Source: Christensenella sp. UBA1750 | Lineage (GTDB): Bacteria > Bacillota > Clostridia > Christensenellales > UBA1750 | Assembly: GCA_002315655.1 (NCBI GenBank) | Contig: DCHO01000065.1 | Location: 3,161 to 67,160, forward strand | DNA: 64,000 nt | Reading direction: 5' to 3' | Shown here: positions 8,980 to 19,055 of the stretch, piece by piece | Position numbering within the stretch: position 1 is the first letter of the stretch | How the letters are laid out: each line of letters opens with the position of its first letter | Notes under the pieces: generated by a model | Database searches by the model: none | The model's input: the letters and a program-made list of their open reading frames with translations, nothing else | What the model was told of the DNA's origin: nothing | Made by a program: the position numbers and the translations under genes

Positions 8980-8994
8980 TCCCCGCAAAAATCA

Positions 8995-9028
8995 GAAAGC
9001 ATCCGAGAAATCGGGTGCTTTCTTTTAT
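8995..9028. terminator. bidirectional intrinsic terminator between the convergent SH3 gene and spoIVA
   Basis: 12-bp stem GAAAGCATCCGA / TCGGGTGCTTTC (one G-T pair), GAAA loop, T-runs on both strands. Confidence 0.75.
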
Positions 9029-9056
9029 GCAGAAAACAGAGTTTATGAAGCATTCC

Positions 9057-10532
9057 TCATAGCAAAATGCAAAGCATTCCCCCGCTCCCCTCGTTGATGA
9101 TGCGCGACAGGGTTTCCCGCGTCTTGTTCTGCGCGTCCTCCGGCATCCGCATGAGCTTCCCGGACAGCCCCTCCCGCATGAGTTCGTGCAGAGATTTCCC
9201 AAAAATGTCCGTGTTCCACAGGCTCCCCGGATCGCTCTCGAACTCGGAGAGCAGATTCCTCATCATTTCCTCCGACTCCTTTTCCGTCCCGATGGTGGGG
9301 CTCACCTCCGTGGCAATGTCCACGCGGATGAGGTGCAACGACGGCGCGGTTGCCCGCAGCTTCACGCCGTACTGTCCGCCGGTTCTAATCAGCTGCGGTT
9401 CCTCCAGCGTCAGCTCCTCCATGGACGGCGGCACCAGCCCGTAGCCCGTCTCCCGCACGGATTCCAGTGCGTCCTTCACTTTGGTGTATTCCCGCTTGGC
9501 GGAAACCAGCTCCGTCATCATGCTCATCAGGTGCGCGTCGGACTTGATTTCCTGCCCGCACTTCTGTCCCAGCACCTCATAGAACAGCCCCTCGCGCATG
9601 GGCAGGTTCAGCAGCACTTCCCCCGTGTCCGCCGCCTTGCTCACCAACACGGGCGCAAGCGCGTCCTCCGAGACCACTTCGCCCAGCAGCCCGCCCACAT
9701 CCCGCATGGTGCGCAGGCTCTCCGCGCCGCGCTGCAGCCCGGCAAACACGCTCACCAGCAGCGGGTCGTCCTCCGGCAGCGTCTCCATCCATTTGGGCAA
9801 TTCAACGTGCACCTGCCGCACGGGGAAGCTGTCCAGCACCTCATTTAGGATGTCGGAAAGCCCTTCCCTGTCCAGATGCAGCACATCCTTGACCAGCACA
9901 GGCACCCCGTTTTCGCGCTCCAACTCCTGCGTAATATTCTTGCTTTCTTCCGCCCAAGGGGTCGCGGAATTGACCACCACGGCAAAGGGCTTGCCGCTTT
10001 TCTTCACCGCCGAAATCGCCTGCTTTTCCGCCTCCCGGTATTGTTCGTGCGGAATCCCGGTGAAGCTGCCGTCCGTTGTCACCACAAGCAGCACATTGGC
10101 GTGCTCGGCGATCACCCTGTCCGTGCCTTTTTCCGCCGCTTTGGAAAAGGGCATCGGCTCGCTCTCCCACGGCGTTGTCACCTGCCGCTCCGCCCCGTCC
10201 TCCGTCGCGCCGAAGGCTCCCGGCACCACATAGCCCACGCAGTCCACAAAGCGCACCTGCGCCGCCTGTCCCTCGCCCAACGGGAGAAACACCGGCTCGC
10301 TGGGCACAAAGCTCGGCTGCGTGGTCATAATGGTCTTTCCCGCGCCGGACTGCGGAATCTCGTCCACCATCCGCTGCTTTTCGGGGCTCTCGGGCACATT
10401 CGGCAGCACCATCTGCTGCATCATCTTCGCAATCAGCGTCGATTTCCCCGTCCGCACCGGCCCCGCCACGCCCACAAACAGCGTCCCCCCGCTGCGCACC
10501 GCAATATCCCTGTAAACATCGTAGTTTTCCAT
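9057..10532 (-). CDS. spoIVA: stage IV sporulation protein A (spore coat morphogenetic ATPase)
   Basis: MENYDVYRDIAVRSGGTLFVGVAGPVRTGKSTLI Walker A N-terminus and overall SpoIVA-like sequence, 491 aa. ATG at 10532 with GGAGGG RBS. The ORF-track start at 10628 is an upstream extension. Confidence 0.9.
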   Translation of the reverse strand: MENYDVYRDIAVRSGGTLFVGVAGPVRTGKSTLIAKMMQQMVLPNVPESPEKQRMVDEIPQSGAGKTIMTTQPSFVPSEPVFLPLGEGQAAQVRFVDCVGYVVPGAFGATEDGAERQVTTPWESEPMPFSKAAEKGTDRVIAEHANVLLVVTTDGSFTGIPHEQYREAEKQAISAVKKSGKPFAVVVNSATPWAEESKNITQELERENGVPVLVKDVLHLDREGLSDILNEVLDSFPVRQVHVELPKWMETLPEDDPLLVSVFAGLQRGAESLRTMRDVGGLLGEVVSEDALAPVLVSKAADTGEVLLNLPMREGLFYEVLGQKCGQEIKSDAHLMSMMTELVSAKREYTKVKDALESVRETGYGLVPPSMEELTLEEPQLIRTGGQYGVKLRATAPSLHLIRVDIATEVSPTIGTEKESEEMMRNLLSEFESDPGSLWNTDIFGKSLHELMREGLSGKLMRMPEDAQNKTRETLSRIINEGSGGMLCILL

Positions 10533-10630
10533 TGCACACCCTCCGTTGAAAGGTTTTCTATGGCAAGGGTATGAAATCCGCACGTTTATTAGAACCGCCA
10601 CCGTAGGGAAATCAGGTTCCACAAGCAAAA

Positions 10631-10664
10631 GAAAGAGAGGACTGATTGCTCAATCCTCTCTTTT
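10631..10664 (-). terminator. intrinsic terminator after the rubrerythrin gene
   Basis: Stem AAAGAGAGGA (10632-10641) / TCCTCTCTTT (10654-10663), with T-rich flanks on both strands. Confidence 0.65.
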
Positions 10665-10688
10665 GCTATGCCGTTTTCGGCTTTTTGT

Positions 10689-11234
10689 TTACTTGAAGTA
10701 GCGAGCCAGCAGGCCGGCGAAGGCTTTGCCGTGGCGGGCTTCGTCGCGGGCCATTTCGTGCACGGTGTCGTGGATGGCGTCGAGGTTGGCAGCCTTGGCG
10801 GCCTTGGCCAGGTCGGTCTTGCCGGCGGTGGCGCCGTTCTCGGCTTCCACGCGGAGCTGCAGGTTCTTCTTGGTGGAGTCGGTCACGACTTCGCCCAGCA
10901 TCTCGGCGAACTTGGCGGCGTGCTCGGCCTCTTCAAAGGCGGCCTTTTCCCAGTACAGGCCGATCTCGGGGTAGCCTTCACGGAAAGCGACGCGGGACAT
11001 GGCCAGATACATACCGACTTCGGAGCACTCGCCGTTGAAGTTGGCGCGGAGGCCTTCCTTGATCTCTTCGGGAACGTCCTTGGCGATGCCGACGACGTGC
11101 TCGGCAGCCCAGGTCAGTTCGGCTTCCTGTTTCTGGAACTTGGAGCCGTCCACCTTGCACTGGGGGCACTTGAAGCCCTCGGGGATGGAGTCGCCTTCAT
11201 AAACATAACCGCAGACGGGGCAAACGAATTTCAT
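10689..11234 (-). CDS. rbr: reverse rubrerythrin (N-terminal rubredoxin domain, C-terminal ferritin-like diiron domain)
   Basis: CPVCGY..CPQC rubredoxin motif at the N-terminus, then EExEH / ExxH diiron motifs ([23 protein letters not shown]). ATG at 11234 with AGGAGGAA RBS. Confidence 0.85.
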   Translation of the reverse strand: MKFVCPVCGYVYEGDSIPEGFKCPQCKVDGSKFQKQEAELTWAAEHVVGIAKDVPEEIKEGLRANFNGECSEVGMYLAMSRVAFREGYPEIGLYWEKAAFEEAEHAAKFAEMLGEVVTDSTKKNLQLRVEAENGATAGKTDLAKAAKAANLDAIHDTVHEMARDEARHGKAFAGLLARYFK

Positions 11235-11297
11235 TTTGTGTTCCTCCTGTAATTCATCTTTTTCTTTCGCTGATGTTGCGTCAGCTTGTCTACGTTT

Positions 11298-11326
11298 ATT
11301 ATATACCCTGCATCGGCAAATGTAAA
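11298..11326 (-). promoter_or_regulatory. sigma-A-type promoter of rbr with a palindrome across the -35
   Basis: Minus strand reads TTTACA (11326-11321), 17 nt, TATAAT (11303-11298). Inverted repeat AAATGT-N5-ACATTT overlaps the -35. Confidence 0.6.
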
Positions 11327-11429
11327 ACACATTTCCGAAAGAATTATTCAAAACAAATTTCTCTTTTCCCATCAAAATAAATTAAGTCTCCGTTAAACCC
11401 GAAAAAGAGCAGGAAATAGGGGCATAAAT

Positions 11430-11439
11430 GTGGTATAAT
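11430..11439 (+). promoter_or_regulatory. candidate extended -10 promoter element for pckA
   Basis: TGgTATAAT at 11431-11439. The -35 is weak. It would give a leader of about 130 nt. Confidence 0.4.
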
Positions 11440-11570
11440 AGAAAATGGGTGAAGTTGTGGCATTATCCACAGCCTCTCCCGGGTAAACGATATATCTTCC
11501 CCACCGGGAAATATATACAAACACCGTTTCACTACCCCAACACTATATATTCTTTACGGAGGTTATAGAA

Positions 11571-13127
11571 ATGGATCTGTCTTATCTTGGCATCATCAAC
11601 GCTTCTGCGATCTATCGCAACCTGACCCCCGCCGAGCTGACCGAGCGTGCGGTCGCCCGCGGCGAAGGCAAGCTCTCCCTGACCGGCGCTCTGGTCGTGA
11701 AGACCGGCAAGTACACCGGCCGTTCCGCCAACGACAAGTTCATCGTTGACACGCCCGCCGTCCATGACGAGATCGCCTGGGGCAAGGTCAACCGTCCCAT
11801 CACCAAGGAAAAGTATGACCTGATCAAGGGCAAGGTTCTGGCTTATCTGCAGAACAAAGAACTCTTTGTGTTTGACGGCTTTGCCGGTGCCGACCCCAAG
11901 TACACCCGCTCCTTCCGCATTGTGAACGAGCTGGCTTCCCAGAACCTGTTCATCCATCAGTTGCTCCGCCGTCCCACCTGCGAAGATCTCAAGAACTTCA
12001 AGGAAGACTATGTGATCATCGCCGCGCCCGGCTTTAAGTGCATCCCCGAGATCGACGGCACCCGCTCCGAGGCCGCTATCTTGGTCAACTATGAGGAAAA
12101 GACCGTTATCATCTGCGGCTCTCAGTACGCCGGTGAGATTAAGAAGTCCGTCTTCTCCGTCATGAACTACGAAATGCCCAAGGTCGGCATCTTCCCCATG
12201 CACTGCTCCGCCAACATCGGCGTGAACAACGACTCTGCCGTGTTCTTCGGCCTGTCCGGCACCGGCAAGACCACTCTTTCCGCCGACCCCAACCGCAAGC
12301 TCATCGGCGACGACGAGCACGGCTGGTCTGACGACTCCGTGTTCAACTTCGAGGGCGGCTGCTATGCCAAGTGCATCAACCTCTCTCCCGAAGGCGAGCC
12401 CGAAATCTACAACGCCATCAAGTTCGGTTCTCTGGTTGAGAACGTGGTCATGGACGACGAGACCCGCGTCTTCGATTTCGACGACGACTCTCTGGCCGTG
12501 AACTCCCGCGTCGGCTACCCCGTTGAGTACATCCCCAACGCCGAACTGTCCGGTATGTCCACCTCCGTTCCCAAGACCGTTATCTTCCTGACCGCCGACG
12601 CTTACGGCGTTCTGCCTCCCATCTCCAAGCTGGACAAGAACCAGGCCATGTACTACTTCGTTTCCGGCTTCACCTCCAAGGTTGCCGGCACCGAAATCGG
12701 CGTCACCGAGCCTGTTCCCACCTTCTCCACCTGCTTCGGCGAGCCCTTCCTGCCCCTCGATCCCTCCGTTTACGCTTCCATGCTGGCGGAAAAGGTTGAG
12801 AAGTCCGGCGCGAACGTGTACCTCGTCAACACCGGCTGGAACGGCACCGGCAAGCGCATGAAGCTGCGCTACACTCGCGCCATGGTCACCGCCGCGTTAA
12901 ACGGCGACATCGAAAAGGGCGAGTTCGTCACCGATCCTACCTTCGGTGTGCAGGTTCCCACCTCCATCGAAGGCGTGCCCTCCGAGCTGCTCATCCCCGA
13001 GAACACCTGGGAAGACAAGGCCGCCTACAAGGCTTCCTGCCAGAAGCTCGCCGCTTCCTTCGTGGAGAACTTCAAGAAGTACACCCATATGTCCAAGGAA
13101 GTTGTCGAAGCCGGCCCCAAGGCTTAA
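11571..13127 (+). CDS. pckA: phosphoenolpyruvate carboxykinase (ATP)
   Basis: KTGKYTGRSANDKF, GLSGTGKTTLS kinase-1a loop, IGDDEHGW, and length 518 aa. ACGGAGG RBS. Confidence 0.92.
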   Translation: MDLSYLGIINASAIYRNLTPAELTERAVARGEGKLSLTGALVVKTGKYTGRSANDKFIVDTPAVHDEIAWGKVNRPITKEKYDLIKGKVLAYLQNKELFVFDGFAGADPKYTRSFRIVNELASQNLFIHQLLRRPTCEDLKNFKEDYVIIAAPGFKCIPEIDGTRSEAAILVNYEEKTVIICGSQYAGEIKKSVFSVMNYEMPKVGIFPMHCSANIGVNNDSAVFFGLSGTGKTTLSADPNRKLIGDDEHGWSDDSVFNFEGGCYAKCINLSPEGEPEIYNAIKFGSLVENVVMDDETRVFDFDDDSLAVNSRVGYPVEYIPNAELSGMSTSVPKTVIFLTADAYGVLPPISKLDKNQAMYYFVSGFTSKVAGTEIGVTEPVPTFSTCFGEPFLPLDPSVYASMLAEKVEKSGANVYLVNTGWNGTGKRMKLRYTRAMVTAALNGDIEKGEFVTDPTFGVQVPTSIEGVPSELLIPENTWEDKAAYKASCQKLAASFVENFKKYTHMSKEVVEAGPKA

Positions 13128-13144
13128 TTTCACACATTGATTTT

Positions 13145-13186
13145 AAGGAGATTATCGAGATTTTTCCCGATAATCTCCTTTTTTTA
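13145..13186 (+). terminator. intrinsic terminator of pckA
   Basis: 13-bp perfect stem AAGGAGATTATCG / CGATAATCTCCTT followed by TTTTTT. Confidence 0.85.
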
Positions 13187-13254
13187 TCAAGATAAAAGGA
13201 TTTTTGTTTGTATGCGGAGAATATGGACATAAAATAATTTAAGGAGGAGAATGT

Positions 13255-13755
13255 ATGAACCAGACCTTCACTTTCGCTTCCCTGCCGACCAGCCTTTCCG
13301 CTTTGCAGGCGTTGCCCGAAGCCAAGCTGGACACGCCCTTTATGACCTGCGCCCTTGCCCTTGCGGTGCTGTGCAACTATGGCGCCAGTGTTCCGGAGAC
13401 CGTGCAGATGCTCAATTTCCTCAAAGGCCCCGCGCCGCTTTCCCCCTTTGAGCAGCAGTTCCTCCGCGACCGCTTCTCCGATGGCAAGACCTACAAGCCC
13501 TTCTCCTTCTTCGCCGGCGCGACCCCGCAGAACGGCTACACGCCGACTGCGCCCTATACCATCACCGTTTCCGACAATCCCTATTCCTACACCTCCGACG
13601 GCCTGTGGGCGACGCTGTACGTCAAGTCCTCCGGCGCGGATTCGCCCCGCCCCATGAAGTTCCGCAAAAAGCCCTCCACGAACCAATGGTTCCTAAACGA
13701 CATCCAGTGCTTATCCGACATTCGCATCCCCACCGCTTCCGACCCGTGGGCATAA
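13255..13755 (+). CDS. hypothetical 166-aa protein
   Basis: Strong RBS AAGGAGGAG 6 nt before the ATG at 13255. Bracketed by strong terminators. No motif recognised. Confidence 0.6.
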   Translation: MNQTFTFASLPTSLSALQALPEAKLDTPFMTCALALAVLCNYGASVPETVQMLNFLKGPAPLSPFEQQFLRDRFSDGKTYKPFSFFAGATPQNGYTPTAPYTITVSDNPYSYTSDGLWATLYVKSSGADSPRPMKFRKKPSTNQWFLNDIQCLSDIRIPTASDPWA

Positions 13756-13775
13756 TCGAACGACCATACAATTTT

Positions 13776-13826
13776 AAGGGGAACCATGCTTTCGGCTTGA
13801 AAGCGTGGTTCCCCTTACTGTTTTTG
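13776..13826. terminator. bidirectional intrinsic terminator
   Basis: 18-bp stem AAGGGGAACCATGCTTTC / GAAAGCGTGGTTCCCCTT (one G-T pair), followed by ACTGTTTTT. Sits between convergent genes. Confidence 0.8.
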
Positions 13827-13835
13827 ATTCGTATT

Positions 13836-15668
13836 TTAGTGGAAGGCCGCTTCCACGGATTCCTGCTCGAACTGGCGCATATAGAGCGTGTAATACGCGC
13901 CCTTTTTCGCCATGAGCTGTTCATGCGTGCCGGACTCCACAATCTTGCCGTCATCCACGACCAGGATCACATCCGCCTGTCTTATGGTGGACAAGCGGTG
14001 AGCGATCACGAAGGAAGTTCTGCCCTTCATCAGATGCTCGATGGCGTTCTGGATCAGCCGCTCCGTGATGGTGTCAATGGAGGATGTGGCCTCATCCAGC
14101 ACGAAGATGCGCGGATTCGCCAGCACCGCACGGGCAAAGGAGAGCAGCTGCTTGCCGCCGGTGGAGAGCAGGTCGCCGCCCTCGCCCACGTCGCTGTCGT
14201 AGCCTTTATCCATGGTGTTTATGATGGTGTCCGCCGAAACCGCCTTGCAGGCCGCCTCGATTTCCTCCATCGTCGCGTCCGGGTTGCCGTAGCGCAGGTT
14301 TTCCAGCACCGTGCCGGAGAACAGGTGCGGCGTTTGCAGCACATAGCCGATGTTGCTGTGCAGCCAGAGCTGGCTGCGCTCCCGCGCGTCCCTGCCGTCG
14401 ATGAGCACCTGTCCTGCCGTCGGCTCAAAGAAGCGGCAGACTAAGTTCACCAGCGTGGACTTGCCCGCGCCGGTCTCCCCGACAATGGCCACGTTCGTTC
14501 CCTGCGGCACTTTGAGATTGAAGTGCTCCAATATGTATTCGTCGCCGTCGGGATATTTGAAGGACACGTCCTTAAATTCAACGTCACCGTTGAGCGGCTC
14601 CCAGTTTTCCTTCTTCGGCTCAAAGGAATCGCCGTACTTCTCGACGACCTCCGGGGAATCCTCCACGTCGGAGTGGGTGTTCATCAGGTTGGTGAAGCGT
14701 TCGATGTTCACCTGCACATCAATGAAGTTGGAAATGATGCGCACAATGGTCTGAATCGGCTCCATCAGCCCTAATGCGTAGTTCATAAACACGGACAGCG
14801 TGCCGATCTCCATCAAACCCTGCAGGGTGATCTTTCCCCCGCGCCACAGCACGATGGCCATGGCCAGCGAAGCCATGAACATGACGATGGAAATGAAGGT
14901 GGCGCGCAGCCGGGCGGTCTTGACCGAGGTGAACTTCATTTCATCCGAGGTCTCCACAAAGGCCTCATCCATCTTGTCCTCAATAACCAGCGTCTTGGAG
15001 GTCTTCGCGCCCGTGATGCCCTCGTTGAAGTTCGAGGTAATGTGGGAATTGATCTCGCGCACCTTGCGATGGAGCTTGGTCAGTTTTTTCTGGAAAAACA
15101 CAGCAACAAAGGTGATGATGGGCGTTAGTGCCACAACCCACAGCGCCAGCTTCCAGTTGATGATGAACATGATGAGGATTGCACCCAGCAGGTACGTCAC
15201 CTGCCAGGTAATGTCCATCATACCCCAGGCCATGAGACCCGAAATGCGGTTGGTGTCCGACATGACGCGGGCATGAATGTAGCCCACGGAGTTCTGGTTG
15301 AAGTAGGAAAAGGACAGCGTCTGCAAATGGTTGAAGGATTCGCGCTTCAGATCGCGGCTCAAATTCATTTCAATTAAAGATGCCTGATAGCCGTCCACCA
15401 TGGAGGAAATGATCTGCACCACAATGACCAGCGAATACACAAGGATGAACTTCCCCAACCCCTCCAGCGTGTTTTTTGCAATGAAGTTGTTGATGGCGTA
15501 TTTCTGGAACAGTGGGAAGCAGATGTCGATCACGCCGTTGAGCAGCACCAGCGACACCATGCACAGGATGATGCCCTTGTACCTTTTGAGGAACGGAAAC
15601 AGAAGCGGAATGCCGAACCATTTTAAGCGAATCTGCTTTTCGTCTTCTTTTTTCATCTGTTCAGACAT
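13836..15668 (-). CDS. ABC exporter half-transporter (TMD-NBD), partner B of a heterodimer
   Basis: Six-TM N-terminal domain, Walker A GETGAGKST, atypical signature LSTGGKQ, Walker B IFVLDEATS. The ATG at 15668 overlaps the upstream stop (TAATG). Confidence 0.85.
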   Translation of the reverse strand: MSEQMKKEDEKQIRLKWFGIPLLFPFLKRYKGIILCMVSLVLLNGVIDICFPLFQKYAINNFIAKNTLEGLGKFILVYSLVIVVQIISSMVDGYQASLIEMNLSRDLKRESFNHLQTLSFSYFNQNSVGYIHARVMSDTNRISGLMAWGMMDITWQVTYLLGAILIMFIINWKLALWVVALTPIITFVAVFFQKKLTKLHRKVREINSHITSNFNEGITGAKTSKTLVIEDKMDEAFVETSDEMKFTSVKTARLRATFISIVMFMASLAMAIVLWRGGKITLQGLMEIGTLSVFMNYALGLMEPIQTIVRIISNFIDVQVNIERFTNLMNTHSDVEDSPEVVEKYGDSFEPKKENWEPLNGDVEFKDVSFKYPDGDEYILEHFNLKVPQGTNVAIVGETGAGKSTLVNLVCRFFEPTAGQVLIDGRDARERSQLWLHSNIGYVLQTPHLFSGTVLENLRYGNPDATMEEIEAACKAVSADTIINTMDKGYDSDVGEGGDLLSTGGKQLLSFARAVLANPRIFVLDEATSSIDTITERLIQNAIEHLMKGRTSFVIAHRLSTIRQADVILVVDDGKIVESGTHEQLMAKKGAYYTLYMRQFEQESVEAAFH

Positions 15669-17482
15669 TATTCCGTCACCTCGCAATTCATCTGCATATT
15701 GTAAATGCTGCGGTAGATACCCTCCTGCTGCAGCAGCTCCTCATGGGTGCCCATCTGCTTCACTTCGCCCTTGTCCAGCACAAGGATGCAGTCCGCACTC
15801 ATCAAAGTGGTTACTCTGTGGGAAATGAGGATCACGGTTCCTTTGCCCAAATGCTCGTGGAGCTGGGCGCGGATCTTGGCGTCGGTCTCCGCATCCACGG
15901 CGGACATGGAATCGTCAAAGATCATGATGGGCGCGTTCTGGGTCAGCATCCGCGCCACGGCGGTTCTCTGCTTCTGTCCGCCGGAGAGCGTCACACCGCG
16001 CTCGCCCACCTCGGTCTCATAGCCTTTTGTAAAGCCCATGATGGCGTCGTCCACACAGGCAATCGAGGCTGCCCGGCGAATCAGCTCCATCTTCATGGCG
16101 CGTTCGGTGATGCCGATGTTCTCCCCGATGGTCTTGGAGAACAGGAACGGCTCCTGCAAGCACATTCCGATGTTCTTTCTTAGGTGGGAAGCCTTGATGT
16201 CCCGCACATCCACCCCACCGATTGTGATGCGTCCGTGGCCTTCGGGAATTTCATAAAGGCGATTGAGCAGATACATCATGGTGGACTTGCCGGAAGATGT
16301 GGGGCCCAAGATGGCAAAGGTCTTGCCGGCGGGAATGGTGAAATTCATGTGCTTTAAGATGGGCTTGGCCTCATCGTAGGCAAAGTTCACGTTCTCAAAG
16401 CAAATGTCCTGGTTCATGTCGGGCTCCTGTGCGCCCTCTCTGTCGTGCTCCTCCTCGGACTCCATGATGTACTTGATACGGTCAATGGAAACACCCGCCT
16501 TGGACATATCCGCAATGGTTCTGCCCAGCTGGCGCACCGGCCAGGTCAGCATGGCGTTGTAGGACACAAAGGCGATAAACTCGCCCGCGGTCATCTGCCC
16601 GCGCACGCACAGAATCGAACCGAACACGATAATCAGCATGACCTGCACGCAGCTCATCAAATCGCCCGCGCCCCAGAAATAGGACAGCAGCAGGCAGAGC
16701 TTGATCCACATATTCGTGTAGATGTTGTTCTGCTTTTCAAAGCGGTCTTTTTCGTACTTTTCCCGCCCGAACGCCCGTACCACGCGCACGCCGGTCAGAT
16801 TCTCCTGCGCAATGGTGGAGAGCACGCCCTCCGCCTCGTCCGCCTCGGTAAAATGGTCGGAAATCTTCTTGTGGAAGATGAGTGAATAGCCCGTAATGAT
16901 GGGAATGGACACCATGGCGATAATGGAGAGCTTCAGATTCATGGCAACCATGAAGGACAGCGACAGCGCAACCAGGATGCAGATGCGCACCACGTTCATG
17001 AACTGCTCGGTGACAAAGTTGCGCACCGTCTCCACGTCGGAGGTGCAGCGCTGGATGATGTCGCCGGTCTGGTTCTTCATGTGCCAGTCAAAGGGCAGTC
17101 TCTGAATGTGCTCAAAGAGTTTATTTCTAATTGTATAAGTAAATGTCTCGGCGGCTCTTGCGGAAGCCACCATCTGAATGTAGCGGAAAACGCCCGTCAC
17201 CAGCGCCACCGTAACAATGGCGATTGCCAGAATGATGAGGTTTTTCCGCAGCACGGAAACGCCGCCCATGCTCTCTATCCAGGCAATCATCATGCGCGGC
17301 ACGGTCATTTCCTTCCCGTCGATCACGCTGTCCACGGTCAGTTTGATAATCTGCGGGGTGATCATTTCCAGCAGCGTGATGGTGAGGGATGCCAGAACGG
17401 AAAGGATATAAAACCGCTTGCTTCCCTTCAAAAACTGCCAGATCATCGAAAAGCGGGTGACGCCCGTTTTTTTGTTGCTCAT
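15668..17482 (-). CDS. ABC exporter half-transporter (TMD-NBD), partner A of a heterodimer
   Basis: Walker A GPTSSGKST, signature LSGGQKQR, Walker B IMIFDDSMS (Asp in place of the catalytic Glu). ATG at 17482 with GGAGGA RBS. The ORF-track start at 17647 is an extension. Confidence 0.85.
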   Translation of the reverse strand: MSNKKTGVTRFSMIWQFLKGSKRFYILSVLASLTITLLEMITPQIIKLTVDSVIDGKEMTVPRMMIAWIESMGGVSVLRKNLIILAIAIVTVALVTGVFRYIQMVASARAAETFTYTIRNKLFEHIQRLPFDWHMKNQTGDIIQRCTSDVETVRNFVTEQFMNVVRICILVALSLSFMVAMNLKLSIIAMVSIPIITGYSLIFHKKISDHFTEADEAEGVLSTIAQENLTGVRVVRAFGREKYEKDRFEKQNNIYTNMWIKLCLLLSYFWGAGDLMSCVQVMLIIVFGSILCVRGQMTAGEFIAFVSYNAMLTWPVRQLGRTIADMSKAGVSIDRIKYIMESEEEHDREGAQEPDMNQDICFENVNFAYDEAKPILKHMNFTIPAGKTFAILGPTSSGKSTMMYLLNRLYEIPEGHGRITIGGVDVRDIKASHLRKNIGMCLQEPFLFSKTIGENIGITERAMKMELIRRAASIACVDDAIMGFTKGYETEVGERGVTLSGGQKQRTAVARMLTQNAPIMIFDDSMSAVDAETDAKIRAQLHEHLGKGTVILISHRVTTLMSADCILVLDKGEVKQMGTHEELLQQEGIYRSIYNMQMNCEVTE

Positions 17483-17741
17483 AAATCCTCCAAATGCACA
17501 ATAATACCCCTGAATGCGGGCTTTACATCCTCTCCACTTTATCATATTCGCCTTTGAATTGTCAACCAACCAAAGCATACTTTCGGCCTTTTCCCATAAG
17601 TCTTTAGGGACACAAAAGCCCGCCGAAGCCTTTACAGAAACTGACAAAACCTTATTCCTGATTTTTACTTTGCCGCAATAACGCGATAATGTGTGTTTTT
17701 TATAGTATTATAGGAAACTTTTACTGGAAGGAGGATGCTTT

Positions 17742-19055
17742 GTGAGAATGTTCAAGCGATTTGTGCTGCTCTCTTTGGGGCTTGCACTGCTGCTTCTGTC
17801 CTCCTGCGCCTCCGCCGGGGTGTCCGCCGTTCTTCCGACCGCTTATGTGGAAAACACGCCGGAGGTCAACGAAACCGTGCGCGTTCTGCACATCTGGCCG
17901 GAACAGGATGCGCTTTTCGAAGAAATTCTCGGCAAGGCCGCAAAGGAAAACGGCTTTGCGGTGTCCGTTTCCTCCGTCAAGTTCGGCACGAGCCTGACCA
18001 CCCTGCGCGCCGCTCATGCTGCCGACGCCATGTACGACCTTTTTGCCTACCGCTTTGAGGATTTCTACACGCTGAAAAGCGAAGGGCTCCTATATGACCT
18101 CTCCGATTCCATAAACGCTCTGAATGCGGATTTTTACCCCAACGCCATAAAGCAGTACACCGAAAACGACGCGCTCTACGGCATCCCCTACACGGCAGGC
18201 GGTCAGGTGATTCTCTACAATCGGGACTATTTTGAAAGCTACGGCTGGAAGCTTCCCGAGGATCAGGACAGCTTCGTGCAGCTGATGAAGGACATTCTGT
18301 CCAGCGGCTTTACGCCACTTTCCCTCTCCGGCAAACCCAACGGAAATCAGCTGAACAACCTCCTTTCCGCTCTGACCGAAAACCGGCTCTCCGAAGACGA
18401 TCTTCTTGACGATCCCCTGTATTTGACCGGGCGCTTCACGGACTGGGGCGGCAAGCTCGCCATGAGTGCCGTCACCGTCAAGCGTTGGAGCGGCAGCGGC
18501 TTTTTCGGTGACAGCGAACTGGCCTTAGATGATGACGCTTCCATTTCCGCCTTTCTGTCCGGTCAGTCCGCCATGCTCTATATCGACTTATCCGACTTAA
18601 ATCTCCTTTCCTCCGCCGAGCATTTCGGGGATTTTGCCATCGGCGCGTTCCTGCTTCCGCCCTGTGAAAAGGGGCAGGAGCAGCTCTTCTCCGGCTCCGG
18701 CTTCCACACTGCCATAGGTGTGTGGAGCGAAACGGAATATACAGAAGAAACCGCCGCTCTCTTATCCGCACTCAATAAAAAGGACAATCTCACCGCCTTT
18801 GCGAACGCTTCCTGCAGCCTCATGGCGGCAAAGGGCATTGCCTATGAAGGCGACCTACTGCCTCTCCTTTCCCCATATCTGGAAGCAGCCGGCAGCCACC
18901 CGGTTCGCCCGGACTTTTACATGAAGAACGTCTCCGATCTATCTGCCCAGCTTTTTGTGGACTATTTAACCTCCGACATGACGGCGGACGATCTGGAGCA
19001 GAACTTTTCCACAATCCGGCGAACCGCGTTTGAACAGTCCGACCGCAGCAAATAA
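17742..19055 (+). CDS. lipoprotein, extracellular solute-binding protein (family 1, sugar-type), with no cognate permease adjacent
   Basis: Lipobox LLLSSC after a signal peptide, and an SBP-like body. GTG at 17742 lies 6 nt after GGAAGGAGGA. ATG at 17748 is the alternative start. Confidence 0.7.
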   Translation: MRMFKRFVLLSLGLALLLLSSCASAGVSAVLPTAYVENTPEVNETVRVLHIWPEQDALFEEILGKAAKENGFAVSVSSVKFGTSLTTLRAAHAADAMYDLFAYRFEDFYTLKSEGLLYDLSDSINALNADFYPNAIKQYTENDALYGIPYTAGGQVILYNRDYFESYGWKLPEDQDSFVQLMKDILSSGFTPLSLSGKPNGNQLNNLLSALTENRLSEDDLLDDPLYLTGRFTDWGGKLAMSAVTVKRWSGSGFFGDSELALDDDASISAFLSGQSAMLYIDLSDLNLLSSAEHFGDFAIGAFLLPPCEKGQEQLFSGSGFHTAIGVWSETEYTEETAALLSALNKKDNLTAFANASCSLMAAKGIAYEGDLLPLLSPYLEAAGSHPVRPDFYMKNVSDLSAQLFVDYLTSDMTADDLEQNFSTIRRTAFEQSDRSK

